DNA of 32,000 nucleotides. It comes from Acaryochloris marina MBIC11017. Its GTDB lineage: Bacteria > Cyanobacteriota > Cyanobacteriia > Thermosynechococcales > Thermosynechococcaceae. The position numbers were made by a program, and so were the translations under genes. The notes under the pieces were generated by a model. The model saw only the letters and a program-made list of their open reading frames with translations. It had not been told where the DNA came from and did no database searches. Numbering within the stretch: the first letter of the stretch is position 1; the number at the start of each line of letters is the position of its first letter. The stretch covers positions 2,190,001 to 2,222,000 of the forward strand of contig NC_009925.1 in the NCBI RefSeq assembly GCF_000018105.1. The letters run 5' to 3'. Shown here in pieces: positions 26,300-32,000 of the stretch.

Positions 26300-27970
26300 T
26301 GAGGGCCCTTGAGAAGTGCAAGGAAAATCATTCAAAATATTTAAAACCCTTGCACCTGCAACCCGATGTATCGCCGTCCATCCCCCGGTCAACTGTCCTT
26401 TGAGAACTTCTACTTGCCCTTTGGAGGGAAACTTTCAGGAGAGAATCGCTGGGTCAAACTAGCCGAGTTGATTCCTTGGGAGAGCTTTGAGTCAGAATAT
26501 GCAGACCAATTCAGTCAGACCATGGGGGCACCTGCCAAACCCTTTCGTGTGGCCTTAGGGACCTTAATCATCAAAGAGAAACTGGGTATATCCGACGCAG
26601 AGACCGTAGAACAGATTCGAGAGAACCCCTACTTGCAGTACTTTCTGGGGTTTAGTGAATATCGAGAGAGTGCTCCGTTTGATGCCTCCATGCTGGTTCA
26701 CTTTCGCCAACGGTTGAATCTAGAGCTGCTAGCTCAAGTCAATGACGCAGTCGTGGACTCTGTGCTGGCATCCGAGGGGTCTCCTGTGGCGATGTCCCCT
26801 GAGTCATCTCCTCCCTCTGACGATGATGAAGATGAGCCTCCTGCCCCTCCCAACCAGGGCCAATTGTTGATAGATGCGACCTGTGCACCAGCCGATATTC
26901 GCTATCCGACAGACTTGGATTTGCTCAATGATGCCCGCAAAGCAAGCGAAGCCATCCTCGATGCTTTATATGCTCAAGTCATGCTGTCCCTCAAGTGCAA
27001 ACCTCGCACCTACCGCCAGAAGGCCCGCAAAGCCTATCTGGCCATTGCCAAAAAACGTCAACCGAGCCGCAAGCTGATTCGTAAAGGGATTCGTCAGCAG
27101 TTGGGCTATGTGCGTCGCAATCTAGCCCATATTGATGGGTTGATAACATTGGGGGCTTCCCTATCCCAATTGTCCCGGCGGCAGTACCGTCTGTTGCTGG
27201 TGATTCATGAAGTCTTTCGACAGCAAGAATGGATGTATCAACAGTCAGTACGTCGAGTGGACGACCGGATTGTCAGTATGAGTCAGCCTCATGTCCGACC
27301 GATGGTCCGAGGCAAAGCTGGAACACCCGTTGAGTTTGGAGCCAAGCTATCCCTCAGTTGTGTGCGTGGATGTGTGTTTCTGGAGCGCTTGAGTTGGGAT
27401 GCGTTCAATGAATCCCAGCATCTTCAACATCAAGTGGAAGCCTTTCGTCGTCGCTTTGGCCATTATCCTTTCTCAGTCCATGCTGACCAAATCTATCGGA
27501 CTCGGGCTAATCGACGATGGTGTAAAGCTCGGGGGATTCGCTTGAGTGGACCGCCGTTAGGAAGACCTCAACAAGACCCACAAGTACAGACCCAACTCAA
27601 GCAACAAGCGTGTGAGGATGAAAAGGTGAGGGTCCAGATTGAGGGTAAGTTTGGGCAGGCCAAGCGACGGTTTGGCTTGAATCGAGTGATGGCGAAGTTA
27701 GCGGATACGGCTGCCAGTGCGATTGCTATCACGTTCTTGGTCATGAATCTGGAGCGGTGGCTCAGCCACTTTTTATCGTTCATTTTTGGGGTGGGATTGC
27801 TGGTTTTGGAAAGCGTTATGGAGCTGTCAGGACTTCCTTGGGGCTTTGCTAGGGCCAGTCAAAGGATATGGCTCTGGCCGTCACAAATGGGTTGCTTGTA
27901 CGATTTGATGCATGGAATTTGCTCAATTTACTTTCTCAGCAAACCCTATCTTAAACCTAGTCATTGATAC
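26300..27970 (+). mobile_element. IS element carrying the transposase above; boundaries approximate
   Basis: Single transposase ORF. The only candidate imperfect terminal inverted repeat I found is GGGcccTTGAGAAGT (from 26303) versus the reverse complement of ACTTTCTCAGCaaaCCC (27930-27946). That right end lies ~20 nt inside the ORF and no target duplication is seen, so the ends are not established. Confidence 0.45.
26366..27967 (+). CDS. IS5-superfamily (IS5/IS1182-like) DDE transposase
   Basis: N-terminal 'QLSFENF..PFGGKLSGENRWVKLAELIPWE.FE..Y...F....GAPAKPFRVALGTLIIKEKLGISDAETVEQIRENPYLQYFLGF' (InsH-N/DUF772-type). The acidic linker is 'SDDDEDE'. The C-terminal 'IEGKFGQAKRRFGLNRVMAKL..TA...I...FLVMNLERWL' is a DDE_Tnp_1 ending. 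Confidence 0.85.
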   Translation: MYRRPSPGQLSFENFYLPFGGKLSGENRWVKLAELIPWESFESEYADQFSQTMGAPAKPFRVALGTLIIKEKLGISDAETVEQIRENPYLQYFLGFSEYRESAPFDASMLVHFRQRLNLELLAQVNDAVVDSVLASEGSPVAMSPESSPPSDDDEDEPPAPPNQGQLLIDATCAPADIRYPTDLDLLNDARKASEAILDALYAQVMLSLKCKPRTYRQKARKAYLAIAKKRQPSRKLIRKGIRQQLGYVRRNLAHIDGLITLGASLSQLSRRQYRLLLVIHEVFRQQEWMYQQSVRRVDDRIVSMSQPHVRPMVRGKAGTPVEFGAKLSLSCVRGCVFLERLSWDAFNESQHLQHQVEAFRRRFGHYPFSVHADQIYRTRANRRWCKARGIRLSGPPLGRPQQDPQVQTQLKQQACEDEKVRVQIEGKFGQAKRRFGLNRVMAKLADTAASAIAITFLVMNLERWLSHFLSFIFGVGLLVLESVMELSGLPWGFARASQRIWLWPSQMGCLYDLMHGICSIYFLSKPYLKPSH

Positions 27971-28039
27971 AGACAGTAATGATCCTCACAAAAGCGAATA
28001 TCTTTGAACCAAGACAAGCCCCTTTCAATACCCTCTATA

Positions 28040-28640
28040 TCAATGCTTGTCTTTACTTGAGGATGTGCCTGATTTTGGCAAGTTCAGTGACTGGCAGAAC
28101 GCTGCCCCATCGTCTACAGCCAGATTCAGTAACACAATACTTCGTTTCTCTTTCATACCCATTGTTGCAGATATCAATAGCACGCATTGATGGTGAGCAC
28201 AATTGGGATAACCAACTTCTATAGAGATGACAGCAATGCAATCCATGACGGTGAGCATTGTTTGCCAGTAAAATGCCAAAGCCACCACGATTGAAGGCAC
28301 CCATTTCGCAACGCGAGTGCCTCAAAGCGGAAACGTCTCCCGCCAGAAATTCCTTGAAGGTACGGTAGCCAAAGCCGTAGAAGTGATGACGATGATCATC
28401 CCTTCACGGATGCTGAAGCGAGACCGATAGCACTTACCTTGCTTCTCACCAAGGAGGGCAAGCGAGGTATCTAATTATCGTTTCACAGTCATAGTAGAAA
28501 TCATCGGCATCAGCAAAAGATTTCAGTTCAATCGAGGTCCGTTAGACTGGCAGACATAAATGAGGTGCAGCGGGTCAATATCGAGAATCTTAGCCCTAGC
28601 ATTTTCTAATTCAACCTTCTTCGGTCAGACTCACCTATTC
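28040..28640 (-). pseudogene. decayed coding remnant of unknown family next to the IS
   Basis: On the - strand, protein-like stretches (ELENARAKILDIDPLHLIYVCQSNGP / LKSFADADDFYYDCETIIRYLA / HHFYGFGYRTFKEFLAGDVSALRHSRCEMGAFNRGGFGILLANNAHRHG / VISIEVGYPNCAHHQCVLLISATMG) continue each other only across frame shifts and stops. Confidence 0.25.
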
Positions 28641-28767
28641 TCAACACAACACTCAATTGCGGAGAATGATGGACCCTCCAGATCACCACTTTTACCATCA
28701 GAGCTTGATTCAACAATCAGGCAGATCGTTTGCCTTCATCAGTTCACCCTATAAGCTCAGTCAGGTA

Positions 28768-30246
28768 TTATTCTGACTTCGGCGTTAGGAGAAAAAGATC
28801 AACATCTTCAAATTCCTGCTTCTCCTGCAGTGTAAATTTATCGACGACTGCCTGGCGAAAGCGATCATGCCCCTCCTCGTCAACAAATGCCGTATGTTCA
28901 TAGGTCAACCACAAACGTGAATCGAACGCTGGAATATCCTCTAAAACCTGATCAATTTCCTCTGGCAGTCTCTTCTTACTGACAATGTCCATAAATTGGG
29001 TGGGCGCTGACCCCCGATAATAATGCTTGAACAGTGTTGGGTTTGCATGAATTGCAATGTGATCGCCCGCCTGCTCACTCTTAGAGATAGTTTGAACCAC
29101 TCCTCGCCAATCGGATCGATGGCTGGTAGCGTAATAGCGAAATAAGCCACCACCCACGACAATCGAGTACAGAATGACAATACCCAATGCAATCGGCCAC
29201 TTCCATTTCCACATGCGGGTAAACCCTGCCGCTAGCATCACTAGAGCATAGGGGGCCGTAAACAGTAAGTAACGTTCAACCCATAGAGAACTCGTGAGAT
29301 GGGACACCACAAACACTGCCGCCTGAGGAATAAACCACCATAGAATAATCCAGCCCGCCGATGATTTCCAGGGTTTGGTAGCGATGAGAAAAATTACAAT
29401 TCCAACTAATACCAAGGTGTAGGCATTAATCAACCAACCTAACCCAGCAATATTAAAAGGCGGCTTGACTGACCAAATCGTAAATCGGGTCAACATGCCC
29501 GGTAAACTCTTCAGACCTGGGCGAGGTTGGTACTGTGCCCAAGTTAAGAGAACATCCCCACTCCCTTTAGCTGTAATCAGAAAGGTCGGTAAACAAGCTG
29601 CCCCCAGAAATAAGGCAGAGACACCAAACATAAAGAGTAATTTGCGATGCCGCCAAAACTGCAATCCAACCAGCAAAAAATCAGCAAAGATCAGGGCGAT
29701 ATTGAGGGGCGCTGTCACAAACATCAACCACCGTGCAATCGCCCATGCAAACAAAGGCGCTATTTTACGCTCTTGCAACGCAATGGTCAGGGCGAGGGTT
29801 CCTGCTAGTCCTAGACAAGTCCCCAAGGCATACATACGAATTTCTTGGGCATGGTTGATAAATAAAGGAGACAGGGTCAAAAGCAGCGCTGAGATAACAC
29901 CTGTAGCTTTGCTATCCAGTCGTTGCCCTAATACATAAATTAAGCCAACACTTGCCAAAGCAAACAGAACCGATAAGCTTCTCATCCAAAATTCACTAGT
30001 TCCGAGTTGCATCCATATATGCAATAGGAAAAAGTAAAGGGGGCGTGAGATTAAAAATTTTGATCTAATATTATTCGCATCGCGAATACTAAAAACCTCA
30101 TCATTCCAGAGGCTTTCACTATCTAACTGATAGAAAAATAGAAAAATTGCAAGAAGAAAAACAAGGCCAAATGGCAGAAACTCTTGGATCGATTTATTGC
30201 CACTAAACCTAGTGTCTAAGGATGTTTTTTGCATCGGTTTCTGCAT
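28768..30246 (-). CDS. GT39/GT83-type (ArnT/PMT-like) polyprenyl-phosphate-sugar-dependent membrane glycosyltransferase
   Basis: 492 aa with about 10 hydrophobic segments in the N-terminal two thirds. The first-loop 'SLWNDEVFS' is the DE motif of the ArnT/PMT_2 family. The C-terminal domain is soluble. Confidence 0.7.
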   Translation of the reverse strand: MQKPMQKTSLDTRFSGNKSIQEFLPFGLVFLLAIFLFFYQLDSESLWNDEVFSIRDANNIRSKFLISRPLYFFLLHIWMQLGTSEFWMRSLSVLFALASVGLIYVLGQRLDSKATGVISALLLTLSPLFINHAQEIRMYALGTCLGLAGTLALTIALQERKIAPLFAWAIARWLMFVTAPLNIALIFADFLLVGLQFWRHRKLLFMFGVSALFLGAACLPTFLITAKGSGDVLLTWAQYQPRPGLKSLPGMLTRFTIWSVKPPFNIAGLGWLINAYTLVLVGIVIFLIATKPWKSSAGWIILWWFIPQAAVFVVSHLTSSLWVERYLLFTAPYALVMLAAGFTRMWKWKWPIALGIVILYSIVVGGGLFRYYATSHRSDWRGVVQTISKSEQAGDHIAIHANPTLFKHYYRGSAPTQFMDIVSKKRLPEEIDQVLEDIPAFDSRLWLTYEHTAFVDEEGHDRFRQAVVDKFTLQEKQEFEDVDLFLLTPKSE

Positions 30247-31021
30247 CAGTAATCAATTGAACTGAAATCAGTGATTCAGTTGGCAATTTGCGGGTTGACT
30301 GTAGGGGAAGAATTTATTTTGCTCCTAGACCATAATATCTAGCCATGTGTAGTTATGTCACGAAGACAAGTGTTTGCATCATGCTCTTTGCAAATCTGGA
30401 TCATGGTAAAAGAAGCTGAATTAATATCGTCTAGTGTTGAAAAAACGAGCGTCTGATTATTTTTGATCTAGGAAAATCGCGTTCCAGTTTAGGTCTGTCA
30501 GCCGGTGCCCATCCACTAAAAAAACATTCAGAAGCGTAGTAATGGGATCAAATTTACAGCCCATTTAGGCAGATCACTGGGCTGGAAACTGCCCTTCAAT
30601 CAATCCTCCCTTCAAACCAGGCTCTCCTCAACCCGAATGATTCATGAGGGCTTCAAACACTGATTACAGGGACACTTCTAGAAACAAGCTGTATTTCAGG
30701 CAGGTGATGCTTTTAATCCATTAGAAACGTGTTCGAGGAATTGCCCAAATAGTCATGAATAATCCAGGTTAGGACGACCAGAGGTAGCATCCAGGGCCGT
30801 CCTCACCGCCGAACAGGAGGAGAGTCCCAGTAAAACGGAGGGGAAACGATTGAGTCTTCGAGAAGAGTAAATTCAGGAAATTTTGACTGCTCTGGTCTTA
30901 GCAACGCCACAGGGCAGGATTATGCAGCCCTTGTTTAAGCAGGGTTTAAGATACCCTCGCCTGTGCCCAACTCCCCGTTGCCGGAGCAGAGGGTTGAGAC
31001 GGTTGATTCTTGGACGCCTAG

Positions 31022-31342
31022 CTACTCATCTTGAGAGTAGATAGAAACACCATAAACAGCAAAGCTACCATAGACAAAGGCAGGCATGATTAAAACCGCC
31101 CACCATTTTCCCAATAGCCACCAGTCATTAATGGGGGTATGAGGTTCAATATTGCTGGCAATTAGGAAGCCTAAGGCCGTTGCACAGCCACCGATCACAT
31201 GGATATAAAGGGGACATTTAAAACCTGACTGTTGCCAGAGAAACAGGCCACAGAATAGAACCAATACTAGGATGCCAACTTCAAGAGGAGTCACGTTCGT
31301 CCCTTTATGCTTCGTTCTTAGATTTCCCGCTCTGAGAAGCAA
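31022..31342 (-). CDS. small hypothetical membrane protein
   Basis: 106-aa ORF with three hydrophobic segments (VGILVLVLFCGLFLW, GGCATALGFLIA, WWAVLIMPAFVYGSFAVYGV). It has only a TTG start and no internal Met, so it is uncertain. Confidence 0.35.
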   Translation of the reverse strand: MLLRAGNLRTKHKGTNVTPLEVGILVLVLFCGLFLWQQSGFKCPLYIHVIGGCATALGFLIASNIEPHTPINDWWLLGKWWAVLIMPAFVYGSFAVYGVSIYSQDE

Positions 31343-31507
31343 CCTATCATAAACTGTTGCCAGGCACAGGCCGTGGTCCTAGTCACCACTGCCAAAAAGA
31401 ATCGCGATCAAAAAAATAGACCGATACTTGCTCCCCTGGAAAGGAAGGTCAGCATCAGTCTGGCGTGAGGTTTAGTGTGCTTAGGTAAAGATCTCAGGGG
31501 ATAGTGC

Positions 31508-32000
31508 TTAGTCGATTTTTAGATCTTTTTTTAACCGCAAATCCAGGTCGCGATCGGGATAGATGACTACGAGGTTGCGATCGCGTCTGGTATCAAAATC
31601 GTCATTGCGGCTATCGAAGTCATCATCTCGTCTACGATCGCCCAAAATCGTCGCTAAGACATCTCTGACGCCTTCGGAGGTTTTTGTGCGGCGAGAGGCA
31701 ACCCGGCGATTGGGATAAATAACCTCAGAGAACGCATCCAGATTGTAACGACGACCATTGGGTAAAACAATCCGCTTGGCGTCATACTGAATCCCCCCAT
31801 CTCGGGAACGCAGGCGACCTTCAATGCGGCTATTACGGGGAATAATCACCCGGTCCGTATCGTCTGCCCGAATATCGTTCTCGATGTAGAGGGTCAGATC
31901 TCGATTATCATTTTTGCGCATCACGATGCGATAGCGATTCTTGGCCGAGGTTCGTATCGTTTTGCCTTCATACAGGCGACCTTTATTAAACCGAAAGCGA
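31508..32000 (-). CDS. hypothetical protein, 5'-truncated by the window edge, with an Arg/Asp-rich C-terminal region
   Basis: The - strand frame stays open upstream of the GTG at 31924 to the window end (..RFRFNKGRLYEGKTIRTSAKNRYRIV-MRKNDN..). The C-terminal region contains 'GDRRRDDDFDSRNDDFDTRRDRN'. Confidence 0.5.
   Translation of the reverse strand, partial: RFRFNKGRLYEGKTIRTSAKNRYRIVMRKNDNRDLTLYIENDIRADDTDRVIIPRNSRIEGRLRSRDGGIQYDAKRIVLPNGRRYNLDAFSEVIYPNRRVASRRTKTSEGVRDVLATILGDRRRDDDFDSRNDDFDTRRDRNLVVIYPDRDLDLRLKKDLKID

Noticed and set aside
26008-26331. 107-aa - strand ORF in the AT-rich spacer
   Set aside because: The peptide is implausible and Leu/Ile/Cys-rich, the composition is not coding-like, and it overlaps the probable left end of the IS.
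26316-26355. GTGCAAGG..(24 nt)..CCTTGCAC inverted repeat just upstream of the transposase ATG, considered as the IS terminal repeat
   Set aside because: Both arms lie at the same (left) end of the element, so it is a local hairpin, perhaps regulating transposase expression. It is not a terminal inverted repeat pair.
29465-29938. 157-aa + strand ORF
   Set aside because: It is antisense to the GT39 membrane protein. Its Arg/Lys/Asn-rich translation is typical of the complement of hydrophobic codons.

Overview
This looks like a cyanobacterial chromosome segment: it carries 12 perfect HIP1 octamers (GCGATCGC). It splits into four parts.
(1) nt 1-16340 is a single + strand surface-polysaccharide locus. 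It contains two SGNH/CE6-type esterase-like genes, a four-gene CDP-6-deoxyhexose module (rfbF, rfbG, an RmlC-like epimerase and an SDR reductase), and a GT61-like transferase. It also holds a complete, translationally coupled CMP-Kdo operon (kpsF/kdsD-kdsB-kdsA-kdsC), three further GT-B glycosyltransferases and two paralogous AT3 O-acyltransferases.
(2) nt 16327-21363 holds a 938-aa NACHT/STAND NTPase with C-terminal HEAT repeats on the - strand. It is transcribed divergently from three tandem tRNA-like RNA genes, which sit directly upstream of a Ro60/Rsr (TROVE-vWA) gene. I read this as a Y-RNA/Rsr locus with an unusual RNA architecture, and it is the most interesting part of the window.
(3) nt 21.4-28.7 kb is a patchy, partly AT-rich accessory stretch on the - strand. 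It has a Cys-rich hypothetical, a small HD protein, a very acidic Trp-rich hypothetical, two SAM methyltransferases and a glycosyltransferase N-terminal stub. These are followed by an IS5-superfamily transposase and decayed coding remnants.
(4) nt 28.7-32 kb has an ArnT/PMT-like GT39 membrane glycosyltransferase, a 775-bp ORF-free gap, a small membrane protein and a gene truncated at the window edge.
No rRNA, canonical tRNA or CRISPR array was seen. All functional calls rest on motif recognition by eye; no searches were run.
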